Assembly (NCBI GenBank): GCA_951406725.2
Contig: OX597817.1
Location: 45,384,001-45,448,000, forward strand
Origin: Octopus vulgaris
Lineage: Eukaryota
Direction: 5' to 3'
DNA: 64,000 nt
Position numbers and translations under genes: made by a program. Each line of letters begins with the position of its first letter. The stretch's first letter is position 1. Below, piece after piece: positions 11,928 through 24,310 of the stretch. The notes under the pieces were generated by a model. That model did no database searches. It had not been told where the DNA came from and saw only the letters and a program-made list of their open reading frames with translations.

Positions 11928-13521
11928 CTAGCATTATGACCCGTCGTTCCCAGGTCATAGTGCTAGTGCATGTTTATATGTGTATATATATGTGTACATA
12001 TTACATGTACATCTATATATATACATCTACACATAAAATACAAAATACAAAGTTGCAATTTCGATCAATTGTATCTTGTGCTCACTCTTGTATAGAAGTG
12101 TGGCTACAATCCAGCCTACCTCTACTTCTGGGGGGGACATTTTAAAAATTTTATCCGGGATGTCCTACGTCCCAGATATAAAGGTAAAAGTAACATATTT
12201 CCACTTCCAAGGTTCGAGACGAGTACTCCCTTGTACGCTCCGTTGACTCGAAACTTGCTTCTATTGTGACGAATTTACCGCCTCTAGTCGCACCAAAACA
12301 CTTTTCGATGGTGCTTTCCTCCAGATGTTCAAATCGTTTTTTTCTCTCTACATTGTATATTGTATAGACAATATTCTTTTCTTTATTTTTTTATTTTATT
12401 TCGTTTGGTGGTGTTATCCTCGATTCACCGTCTTTGTCGGTGATCAATCCGTATTTCTTTCATTTTAATTTCAATGAGTTCGCGCCCACCGACGGCTGCA
12501 GCGAAATTCATTTTTGGACTTTCTTCTATCGACGGCATTCTAACAAAAATGCTTCCGTGTAAGCGGTGAAAATATTGTCGATTTCCGCAAACAGGGACAC
12601 AATTCAATTTTTAAACAATAACCAAAGCTCCTTCTCCCAAAGGGGGAGGGTTACAGTTTACAATCATTTAACAAATTCGACACAACAATGTTTCCTTTAC
12701 GAGGAACCAACAAACGTGATAACAATAATTAAACAGTAATAATAATAACAACAGACCTTACGATGAGTCAGAAAGCCGTAAGCAGTTATGTATAAGAAAT
12801 AAACCAACAGCAGTACTCTGTAGCACCGGCTGTTCGAGAAAACAGATATTACATACAGCCAAACTTCATATAGATACTTAATGCTAGCTAATTAGCAGAT
12901 AATCTAATGTAAAAGCACAGTTCCATCTGGACTATTCCATTTCTGCACGCTAATTTTATTTTTAATTTATTCCCATTCATGTGAAACCACTTATTCAAGT
13001 TCAAGTCATTGATGCAATTTTATAACAATTGCTATTTTTACTTTTGTTATGTTACGATTATATTATACTTTAGTTTGATTTTAATTATTACTTACTAATT
13101 ACAATTCAATTGTTATTATTATTTTTATTGTTAAAGTGAAAGTATCTGATATAAAATAGAGAAATGGTTTTGTTTCACTTTTAACACGTAATACTGAAAT
13201 AGTGGAGAAGATATGATATTGCTATGGGCTCGCTCTAGGCAAGAAGTTGAACATTTTTTTGCCGATGAAGGCATGTGTAAAATTTCAATGAAATTGTTTG
13301 TGTAGTTCTCAAGTTTTAGGGAATTGTAGTGGAGAAGATGTGATATTGCTGTGGGCTCGCCCTAGGCAAAAAGTTAAAATTGTTTTTGCCGATGACACTC
13401 CCCGGACCACAAGTAAAGCATGTGTAAAATTTGAATGAAATTGGTTGTGTAGTTCTCATGTTTTAGGGAAACACACAGACAGACACACACACACACATTC
13501 TCAGTTTGATATATAGAGAGA
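11928..13521 (-). mobile_element. Non-autonomous Helitron, second family (copy 1, long)
   Basis: Minus-strand A|TCTCTCTATAT start. The 3' terminal hairpin ctagcattatgacc...ggtcatagtgctag ends in CTAG|T. Homologous to 56636-57793 in the opposite orientation. Confidence 0.8.
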
Positions 13522-14011
13522 TTCTTTCCTGTTATTGTGTAATATTAGACAAAGGCATTTATTTCTATATCTTTTCGGAAGACCTAAAAGATATGACTCA
13601 AACAGAGACTTTAATTTTACAGTGATGTTAAATTTACCTTATTCAAAGAGAACGATAGGACTTCTTATTTATGCATATGCCCTCAGCATTTTTTATGCGT
13701 AGTTGCCTAACTTATTAATTAAATAACGTTGTGCCTTACACGAATACTTATATATATTCTAAATATTTCTACCTCTCTATTACTTGAAATAACGATGTTA
13801 GTGATCCCTGGTGTGTGATACATGAAAGCTATCTGTTAGGTCAGTTATCAAAATAGCTATCAATTATGAGGTGTCAACGCTTAAACTGAAACATAAGAAA
13901 AACGTCCACGTATGAGTCAAGGTATATTGTTTGTGATCGTGTGCAATCGCATATATATATACGTATATATAGAGGCATCCACATATACATAAATATACAT
14001 AAATATACATG

Positions 14012-14064
<53 letters not shown>

Positions 14065-14176
14065 TTATGCGAAAAGGGATTAATAGTTTAAGGCTGAAAA
14101 GAAAGGGAAAAATTATTTGCATGCACTCATGTGTGTGAGACAACCTCTGTGTGTGCATGCGTACGCGCCTGTGTGT

Positions 14177-14219
<43 letters not shown>

Positions 14220-14468
14220 CATGAGAGAAAGAAAGATTTTGTCTGTGTTTGTCTCTTACCACCGTTTAACAACCAGTACTGCTGTATTCAGACTAACCTT
14301 ACTTCGCGGTACAGCCAACCAGAGTGGTAGACTAGCTCAGGGATCAAAAGATAGTGCATCGATCAATTCTCCCGATTGAATCTCTGTAAAGACATGCCAT
14401 AGTTTGAGGGATATGTGTATAATAATTGATGATTCTTTAATATTGTTTTATCGAAACATATATGTGTA

Positions 14469-14852
14469 CGAGCAAAACGCCCCCCGTCCAATAGACGGTG
14501 CTGTGTTGTCTAACATTTAAACCAAAGTTTCTCAAAACAGCTTGTCCGACCGTCCCATAGGCCTCGTCTTTGATGAACACTGATTTAACCTAAATTTGAG
14601 ACATCAGCAAAAGAAGATATAAAGATAGACTTTCTTTTTTATTCCAAGAAAAACGATTTTACAAATGCACGTTCCCGCGGCTTTATCGATTGCATTGTCT
14701 CCTGGAATCGATTTTTGTAGGTTTTTCAAGACTTACTCATGCCCTGATACCGTTGGTATCTACATATCAAATTTGAGCGGTATCGAATGGAGGATGCCCG
14801 AGATCCTAGAAGACACACACACATACAGACAGAACGGATTTTATATAAGAGA
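14469..14852 (-). mobile_element. Non-autonomous Helitron-like repeat (copy 2)
   Basis: Homologous to 2826-3218 along both ends. Confidence 0.6.
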
Positions 14853-15034
14853 TGTAGAATATGTTTTTTGGGGGTTTGGGGAGGTATTTTGGGGTTATTT
14901 TGTTGCTAGAGGCGGTTCCTTTTATACTCTTATAAGTACATATTTTCATCTTTTAATTTGCATTACTTTTCCAATTGTAATACAAATAAAACAAACCCAG
15001 CATCTTTTCAATTTTACTTCTCCATTTTTTTATT

Positions 15035-15095
<61 letters not shown>

Positions 15096-15310
15096 GAAAT
15101 ATTGCATTTCTAATTCTCTCAGAGAGAGATTATACACCACGATAAAGTGGTGGTTTGTTGCCAACTTCATATGTCAGTCCCAGGAAAGGGAAACATGCTA
15201 GTATGTACATACATACATACATACATGCATGCATATATGTATGTGCATAGATAGACAAATAGATAGGTATAGAAATAAGGAGGTAGAGAAGAAGATAGAT
15301 AGATTGATAG

Positions 15311-15383
<73 letters not shown>

Positions 15384-16159
15384 CAGGTAAATTGAACAAG
15401 GAAATTCTTCATCATTTATCATAGATATGATATACTAAATTTGATTTCGCATTTGGCTAAAAGTTTTGGCTTTCTTGTGTATATTTCTAATTTTAATTGT
15501 TAGTCCTGTTTGGAATTTTGTTGAATATATTTAGATATTTTAGAAAAATATCAGTTTCTCTTGATAAGAATGTATTGGATATTCTAAAAATGGCAAAATT
15601 TAATGATAATGTTAATAGCATTTAAAAATATACCTTGTCAGGTACAGGTAGTATAAAGTTTGAGCTGCAGGGCAGAACAGAAGTAAACCGATGGAGAAGT
15701 CAATGAGAAGACTGGTGTTGTGAAGTCTAAGGAAGGGAATCGATTGGTGGATGAAGGCAGAGCAGTGTAAGAATTATATGAAAGAAGATGGGTAGAAGAG
15801 AAGGCGAGACGTACGTTAAGAATTGCCCAGTGCTCCAAATATCTTATATGTTTTATATTCCTCATAAACCTTCTTTAGATTGCTTTCTACATATTCATAC
15901 GAAGGGTGATACAGAAATATTCCTGGTATTGGGTAGAAGAAAGTACAGCGGGGATCAGTTTATTATGGTTTTATTGGACATATTCCTACACTGCAGTGAT
16001 GCTCCACGTTTTCTAATTCCTGTAAAAGACCTGGAAATGTTGGGTCTCCAACGAGGCCTTAAAGCCAGGAACTTTTCAGCACCCACTCGTATGCTTATGT
16101 CTCGAGGCCCACAAACGAACACTTACTGACTGAGAAGAAGCAAACACCCTCACACAAAT

Positions 16160-16201
<42 letters not shown>

Positions 16202-16246
16202 ACACACACACACACACAATCACACAACACGTATATAGATAAATTG

Positions 16247-16337
<91 letters not shown>

Positions 16338-16481
16338 CAGACAGATATGTAAATTGAACAAGAATCTTCTCTCTCATTTAGCATAGATGTGACAAACTAA
16401 CTTTGATTTATATTGAAGTCAAACCAAATAGAAATATTTTGAAATTATTTAATGCGTACGTTTCAGTTTTGCTTAATGTAA

Positions 16482-16939
16482 AACAGGAAAACGTATCCAT
16501 TATATAAACCGTACTTTAACTGCAGAAGTTAACTATGCGTGCACAAATGCGTAAATATATGGCAGTTTAGAAAGAAAAATTTACACGGATTTACCCACCA
16601 TTATACATTTAGAAACACTTCTCTTCTGCCCTGCAGCTCAGAATGTTTACCACATCTAACAGGAAAAGTATCTATTATATAAACCGTTCTTTAACTGGGG
16701 GCGTTAACTATGTGTTTGCTAATGTGTGAATGTATGACAATTCAGGAAGAACAACAAACACATAATTACCCACCTTCATACATTTAGAAACACTTCTCTC
16801 CTGCTTTGCAGCTCAAGATCTTTACCACCTGTAACAGGAAAAGTATCCGTTATATATACCGTGCTTTGACTGGAGAAGTTAAATATACGTGTCAGAAAGA
16901 ACACAGAATTACCCACAATTGTACATTTACCAACACTTG
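16482..16939. repeat. Diverged ~175-bp tandem repeat, about 2.6 units
   Basis: Units start 'aacaggaaaa(c)gtatc' at 16482, 16658 and 16833. Units 1 and 2 share 'tacatttagaaacacttctct..tgc..tgcagctca'. Confidence 0.85.
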
Positions 16940-17734
16940 ATTAATTATAACATATTAAGAATGGAGTGGAATAAAAAGAAATAGAACCATTCATTGTTAA
17001 TGAGTTAAAATCAAGTGCCAAATGTCATTTGAAACTGGAATGACTTGAGATTCTCTCTATATTTTTGGATAAATACATTGACTGATATATCATATGATAT
17101 CTCAGAAGAAACGTATACCTTTTTGTTTTTCCTTATTAATTTAATGAAAGAAATGCACTTCATGATGTTCTGTGTTTTATTTACAATACATGTATATTAA
17201 GATCCCCCTGGCAAGTCACAATTGAAGTACACTAAATCACACAACGCGATCAAATAAAACTAGAGAGGAAAATGTTACACAACAAAACAACTAAACCAGA
17301 AAGAAATTCCGACTAAAATGAAAACACATGTACAAGCAATAATTTTAGCGCAAGCAATGTAGAGCACACGTACACTGTATACATATTACAAAGAAAATAT
17401 ACACCTGCCAATTATACAGCATCCGGCCGTAGGGAGTACCACGGATGTTGTATATTTGTAAAATTACATTATCCAGTACATTTGCCCTTGATATAAAAAT
17501 GGAACTAAATCCTCTGATGTAGTTCAGAAATGTAACCACTGAGGTGAAAGTTCGTTAATGATGTCGTTTGGTTCTCTGCTATGGCAGAGATGAGTGTTGA
17601 TATTAAAATTAAACGTTTAATAAGTTAAGATTTGTACATTACACACACAAACACACAGATACACACACAAACACACAAACAACACACAAGCACACACGCA
17701 CTCACACACACACACACACTCACACATAGATATA

Positions 17735-18591
17735 CAGGATGCAGTGGATATATTGTCGTCCAAATTGCGCAAATAGAAAATAATACTGACATCTTATTTT
17801 AATAGATATACTTACTAAAATAGCATAAAATTATATGGAAATACTAAAGAGAAAATGTTTTCAATAAAATCGGCATTGGCTTTGACGAAGGCTCCTAGTT
17901 GACTTCCGAATCTCCTGCGACTCTTCTGGACGGTCTCCTTGTTTACGTTGGTGAATACTGCCATAATCTTTGCATGTGGTTCATCTTTGGTGTTACAAGG
18001 AATTTTGTTAGTCTCTCGCTCAACTACGCCCCAAACATAATAATCAAGGAGAGTCTGGGGAGTTAGGTGGCCAGATTTTAGGACATATGTGGTCGCAGAA
18101 ATTGTCTGACAGCAATGATTGGGTTCTTCTGCTTGCGTGGCATGATGCTGAGGCCTGTTGCCAGACAGGAGGTCTTCCAGCAGACATCCTCTTGACCCAG
18201 TGTGGCATTAACTCTTCCAGGTAGTTAATGTAGGTGTCCGTGTTGAGTGTTAGACCGTGCGGGAAAATGAATAGAGACAACTTTGTCATCACTAGTGATC
18301 ATTGTAAACACCATGATGTCGACTGGATGTTTCATTTGTATCACCCTCGGTACATGTCCTCAGATTGCACTGTCCACAGATTGACACCAAAACACTCTGA
18401 AATATTCGTATTGAAGCTTTCGGGCGAATGCTAAGCCATACAGTCTGTCGTTTCGAAATTTCTGACAGAGTGAATTGCGTCATGCTGTTCTTTTTCTCAC
18501 AGACTGTATAGTCGACAAACTGAAAAATTAACTATGTGCATACGCGAAATTGAAAATATAGAATTGTGACAATTAACCCATAGCACCCTTC
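17735..18591 (-). mobile_element. Tc1/mariner (maT-like) DNA transposon remnant
   Basis: Minus-strand peptide VWQQASASCH...IWPPNSPD, then after a stop/frameshift YVWGVVERETNK. Degenerate TIRs (caggatgcagtggatattgtc / gacaattaacccatagcaccct) with TA flanks. Confidence 0.85.
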
Positions 18592-18735
18592 ATATATATA
18601 TGGAATCTAACATATATAACATTCTGCCTAAAAAATGGATCTGCAAATTCAGTATCCCTATATATCTCACACCTATTTTCTTTCTTTCACTGCACTCTCT
18701 ATTTTGTATCCTATCTAAACTAACTATTACTTAAC

Positions 18736-18786
18736 CATCCGATGAAGGGCTATGCTTAATAAATATCCTGGAAACAGCTGTAAGAC
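18736..18786 (+). ncRNA. Degenerate PLE-type hammerhead (U4C core)
   Basis: CCGATGA at 18739-18745; AGG...CCT stem II; GAAAC at 18771; palindromic stem III ACAGCTGT; GTA triplet. Stem I is mostly lost. The fragment ends at (TA)n. Confidence 0.5.
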
Positions 18787-18852
18787 ATTCTATATATAAA
18801 TGTTCTAATATCTAGACTGTCTTGTTTTTTTATCGCATTACGCAAAAAATTC

Positions 18853-18872
18853 TTATATATATATATATACAT

Positions 18873-18968
<96 letters not shown>

Positions 18969-19259
18969 GTATATATATATATGTAAATATATATGTATAT
19001 ATATATGTATATATATATGTATATATATATGTATATATATATGTATATGTATATATATATGTATATATATATGTATATATATGTATATATATATGTATAT
19101 ATATATGTATATATATATGTATATATATGTATATATATGTATATATATATATATGTATATATATGTATATATATATGTATATATATGTATATATATATGT
19201 ATATATATGTATATATATATGTATATATATGTATATATATATGTATATATATATGTATA

Positions 19260-19304
<45 letters not shown>

Positions 19305-19362
19305 GTATATATATATGTATATATATATGTATATATATGTATATATATATATATATATATTG

Positions 19363-19407
<45 letters not shown>
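18853..19407. repeat. ~550-bp compound (TA)n/(TATG) microsatellite
   Basis: Seen directly. It accounts for the long YI-repeat ORFs in the track. Confidence 0.98.
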
Positions 19408-19410
<3 letters not shown>

Positions 19411-19990
19411 TAACTAATGTGTGTACATATTTGTATGTTTGTATTAGCATGTGGTATGAAGAATGCATTCATCACATGGCTTATAAATGCCGAAGAATGA
19501 TTATTAAACTGCTTTAATTGCAAACATTTACTATATTGCAACAAAAATCCAAAAACTATGAAATAGTCTCATAAACATAGTTGTTTTCACGTGTCTATTC
19601 AAATTAAAAATGTCTGTCACTAATAATTATGCTCCTCATTAAAAAAAAAATATGTAGCATAGTTTATATTTTTCACAAGCTCTTTAAGATTATATTTAGA
19701 ACAGAAAGGAATGAAAAAAACTTTCCATTCAAAAATTATATTAATAAATTTTTGATAATGTTACTTGCTTTCAAAATGTTATTTCTCGTTTCCTAACAAG
19801 CACACGCTCATTAGATGCTCTTACACTCCTTTGTGAATATATTTGTCAGTGCGTATGTATGAACGTGTGCATGTGTGTTTTGTCAGTGAGTATGTGCACG
19901 TGCGCAAACTATGGACGAATGTTTAAGAATATCGCTGTTCAAATCACGAGATTTCGGATGTGATTCCACTACGTCGCATGTCATACAAGA

Positions 19991-20409
19991 ACCTTTTTCT
20001 TTACTACCCACAAGGGGCTAAACACAGAGAGAACAAACAAGGACAGACAAACGGATGAAGTCGATTATATCGACCCCAGTGCGTAACTGGTACTAATTTA
20101 ATCGACCATGAAAGGATGAAACGCAAAGTCTACCTCGGCGGAATTTGAACTCAGAACTTAGCAGCAGACAAAATACCTATTTCTTTACTACCCACAAGGG
20201 GCTAAACACAGAGAGGACAGACAAGGACAGACAAACGGATTAAGTCGATCATATCGACCCCAGTGCGTAACTGGTACTTATTTGATCGACCCCGAAAGGA
20301 TGAAAGGCAAAGTTGACCTCGGCGAAATTCAAACTCAGAACGTAACGGCAGACGAAATACCGCTAAGCATTTCGCCCGGCGTGCTAACGTTTTCTGCCAG
20401 CTCGCCGCC
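19991..20409 (-). mobile_element. tRNA-derived SINE family B, full copy plus tandem 3' partial copy
   Basis: Head ggcggcgagctggcagaaaacgttagc, core gtcaactttgcctttcatcctttcggggtcga. Junction at ~20171-20177. Confidence 0.9.
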
Positions 20410-21050
20410 TTTATATCATACAAGTACCATTCACCATATTTTCAATATGATCATGTATTTCTCAGTCAAATTACGCAGGTTGAAACTCGTGGAGTACGTT
20501 TGTTGGCAGTACTTAAATAAGAGATTTATCTTGCGGTGTGTCACACATTTTGCCCGAAGAACATTGAGGTGTCGTTGTAATACACTAGATAGAAAATCTG
20601 GCATAGTGTGCACATCCCTATTAACCACATCTGCCACTGTTTACTAACTATATATTAAATGTAGGTATGAAATATACAGCAATTTCGACAGAAACGTAAT
20701 GTATTAGGCCTAACTAACTATTGCGTTGTGGTGTTTTGTCACTGAATATACTGCTACATAACTCCAAGCGTATATTTATGCAACTCAATTTATTAAATTT
20801 TACCCTTATAGAAATTTCTTAATATACTTTTCTGGAGGAAGAAAACCGATAAGTTGAATCGCTACCAAGATAACAAATGCCACATGAATATTTTGGATAT
20901 ATCATTGCTTTAAGAACAATACGTTAACAAATACGTAGACCACACACTGAATTCGTCCATGTGCCGCCTGCAACAGTAACACAAATCAATTTCGGCATTT
21001 CCATTATAAAACCATCAAAATAGGGTAAGGTATATTTGAAAATATAAACT

Positions 21051-21390
21051 CAGGCATAATACACAGACCTAGTGGTTAGAGCAGGCATAATACATGACCT
21101 AGTGGTTAGAGCAGCGGACTAGCAGTCAAGGGACCGCGGTTTCGAATCTCAGGCCGGGCGATGTGTGTGTTGATGAGCGAAACACCTAAGCTCTACGCGG
21201 CTCCAGCAGGAGGTAATGGCGAACGTCTGCCGACTCTTTCGCCACAACCTTCTCTCACTCTTTCTTCCTGCATCTTGCAGCTCACCTGTGACGGACCTGC
21301 GTCCCGTCCAGGTGGGGAACCTATACGCCAAGGAAACCGGGAAACCGGCCCTTATGAGCCAGGCATGGCTCGAAAAGGAACAAACAAACA
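21051..21390 (+). mobile_element. tRNA-derived SINE family C with 31-bp head duplication
   Basis: tRNA-like head cctagtggttagagcagcggact...ggtttcgaatc. Related to 62796-63176. 21051-21081 is repeated at 21082-21111. Confidence 0.8.
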
Positions 21391-22003
21391 CAGTCATGTA
21401 CAAATGAACTAATTCCTGCAGTCTACATTTTCCACAGAATCAATGTCATTTGTCACACGACTCAACCATATTCGACATGCTGCTACATACATTTCACAGA
21501 GGACTGGCTACGACGCAGAAATCGGATGCCTGCACTTTCCTGCTGATTGCAGTCATGCAACGGGTTTCCAGCTGATGTATACGAGCGATTATATGATCGA
21601 ATGACGGCAAGTGTGTCGCTAGTAATTCATCCTTAATTACTCACGCTCATCCTCACACAAGGACACACACACATGTATGTAAATATCTATTATTTGCGTG
21701 TATGTGTATCTATGTATATATGTCTATTTATGTCTCTCCCTCTCTTGCTGTATACTCTTGCGCTTTTACTCTTTTACTTGTTTCAGTCACTTCACTGCGG
21801 CCATGCTGGAGCGCCGTCTTTAGTCAAGCAAATCGACCCCGGAATTATTCTTTGTAAGTCTAGTACATATTCTATCGGACATATACACGCACACTCAGCC
21901 TTAATTATACGCACCAAACTACCAAACATAACCGTGCATACCTATTTACATACATTCTTGCCTACCTACATACATACATACATACCTGCCTACCTACTTA
22001 CCT

Positions 22004-22420
22004 ACCTATTTCTTTATTACCCACAAGGGGCTAAACACAGAGGGGACAAACAAGGACTGACATAGGTATTAAGTCGATTACATCGACCCCAGTGCGTAAC
22101 TGGTACTTAATTTATCGACCCCGAAAGGATGAAAGGCAAAGTCGACCTCAGCGGAATTTGAACTCACAACCTAACGCAGACGAAATACCTATTTCTTTAC
22201 TACCCACAAGGGGCTAAACACAGAGGGGACAAACAAGGACAGACACACGGATTAAGTCAATTACATCGACCCCAGTGTGTAACTGGTACTTATTTAATCG
22301 ACCCCGAAAAGATGAAAGGCAAAGTTGACCTCAGCGGAATTTGAACTCAGAACGTAGCGGCAGACGAAATACCGCTAAGCATTTCGCCCGGTGTGCTAAC
22401 GTTTCTGCCAGCTCGCCGCC
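22004..22420 (-). mobile_element. SINE family B, full copy plus tandem 3' partial copy
   Basis: Same organisation and same junction (gacgaaata|cctatttcttt, ~22185) as 19991-20409. Inserted in a (CCTA)n tract. Confidence 0.9.
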
Positions 22421-22606
22421 TTACCTACCTACCTACCTACCTACCTACCTACCTACCTACCTACCTACCTACTTACCTACCTACCTACCTACCTACCTAC
22501 CTACTTACCTACCTACCTACCTACCTACCTACCTACCTACATACATACATACATACATACATACATACATACATACATACACACACATATACATAAGAGA
22601 AAACTG

Positions 22607-23330
22607 TAAACCAGACTAGTAAAATCTTCAGTAATGACTTCAGGGTTTCCGCTGCATCAGATGAGGAATGTTACAAGTATGTGAGGGTGGACGACAACCT
22701 TTCTAACGATAACACCTGTAACAAAGCAAGTAACACGAAAGATCATTACGGCCGAAAAAAGAAAATGTAGATTTCGGAAATCTCTGCATTCAATAAAACT
22801 GTGGTCAACAATGCGTTTCCAGCGCGATTAGTCATACTAATATTTGGGCTACCTAATTGAAAGCTTGTTAGTATCCGAGCCATTGATGTGCAAACCGGGA
22901 AATACTAACCAGTACACGTAACTTCTCCACCAACAGTGACGTAGACCACTTCCACCGAAAAACATAAAACAAGGGATTAGAGGATTAACATCGATCCAGA
23001 CTGCCTTTAAATGCCGTATCATATCTCTTCGGTAACATCTTTTAACCGCCTAGTGTTGAAGTGCATTTATTGTTCAAGTTTGCAAACATAATGCTGATAA
23101 CATCATGAGGCTTGGAAAACAGCTCCCTGAGCATCATTTCTTGTCTGATAACCTTAAATACATTCTCAAGGAAGTCGAACGACTCTTCTGTAACGTGTTA
23201 TCAGATTAAAGGATGAGTGTAGAAAATTTTCGTCAAAGGATACCAGATAAGCCACCTATGCCTGAATACAACTCAATAACAACACCCAACTGGAATGTGC
23301 CATAGTACCACAAATCTTGACTTCATAAAG
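22607..23330 (+). mobile_element. R4/Dong-like (RLE) non-LTR retrotransposon RT remnant
   Basis: Frameshifted peptides SDEECYKYV, SEISAFNKTVVNNAF, IRAIDVQT, NFSTNSDVD and GLTSIQTAFKCRIISLR match the order of YKYLG...SELSA.NK...ID.KTRK...H..SDVDRLY...GGRGL motifs. Confidence 0.7.
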
Positions 23331-23606
23331 ATTTAGATTCTGCTATTTAGGTTCTGCTATTAAGTTAGATATGGCCTGGACCAAACTCTGGTGCCCATTG
23401 ATGCACAGCATGTAAATCAGTCTCGCGATGTGTTCGGTCTTCTTCTAGGTTGATAATCTCCTGGAGTTTAGAGTCAGCGATTATTTTTTACTTTGCCGTG
23501 CTCTATGACGCTGGAAAGATCGAGCGTTATAGTTATACTAGTACATCTGTTTGTTGTCTACAACAGCTGTCTTCGTCTTTTGTCTTTTTTTTTTGTGAAT
23601 TCTCCC

Positions 23607-23657
<51 letters not shown>

Positions 23658-23661
<4 letters not shown>

Positions 23662-24310
23662 TAGGAAGAAATGGAGCTGAACGAAGATTTAACAAAATTC
23701 CTTTTTATTATTTTCTACATATGTTTCAAAGGCTGCAAAGTCCCTAATTCGGATTGAATAAGGAGTCCATTTTGCAGCCTTCTCTTCAGGAAAATCTAGG
23801 AACTTAAGTCTCCAAACAAAATGCACAGCAAGCTTTTCGACAAACGCTCACGAGGAGCCCATGGGATAAATGGCACAAAACTGTCTATCAATATGCGTTG
23901 ACGCCAGGCTGGGTGAAAGCCGACGAAAAAATATATATATATTATTATTATATGTAGAAAAATACAAACTGGGAAAAGAACGTAAAACATTTAGAAGACG
24001 ATACAAAAAACACGGACGGGACATTCGAAGCCTTCAATCTTCAGTCAAGAACCGGATCATCCTAGCAATTTCGGCTGATTAATCTTGAGATCGCTCCGAT
24101 CCGGCCAGCCCCAAGGAAAAACTAAGCTACGAGCATTAGATTTCTTGGAAGAAGGATCGAATGTATACGAAACAGGGACAGAAAAACGGACGATGCCACA
24201 CGAATATAAAATACAAAAAAAAAATAATGGTAAAAACAGGACGAAAACAGCGGTTGTCTTACGACTAATAAACAGTACAAGTTTAGCTGGCGTATTTTGA
24301 AAAAAATGCC
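23658..24310 (-). mobile_element. Two adjacent Penelope-like 3' fragments between (TA)n tracts
   Basis: The first (23658-23930) carries an intact HHR. The second (23950-24310) is homologous to 37935-38180 in reverse orientation. Confidence 0.6.
23710..23795 (-). ncRNA. Type I hammerhead ribozyme, canonical core, all stems intact
   Basis: Minus strand reads ATTTTC-CTGAAGA-GAAGGCTGCAAA...TTTGCAGCCTTT-GAAAC-ATAT-GTA-GAAAAT: 6-bp stem I, 12-bp stem II, palindromic stem III ACATATGT. Confidence 0.85.

Noticed and set aside
16482-16939. CRISPR-like array
   Set aside because: The units are homologous along their whole length with no unique spacers, there are no cas genes, and the context is eukaryotic.
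18756-19544. Longest ORFs (262 aa, 212 aa) and the many YIYI/HTHT/LSIY ORFs
   Set aside because: They are translations of stop-free microsatellites and show no protein signal.
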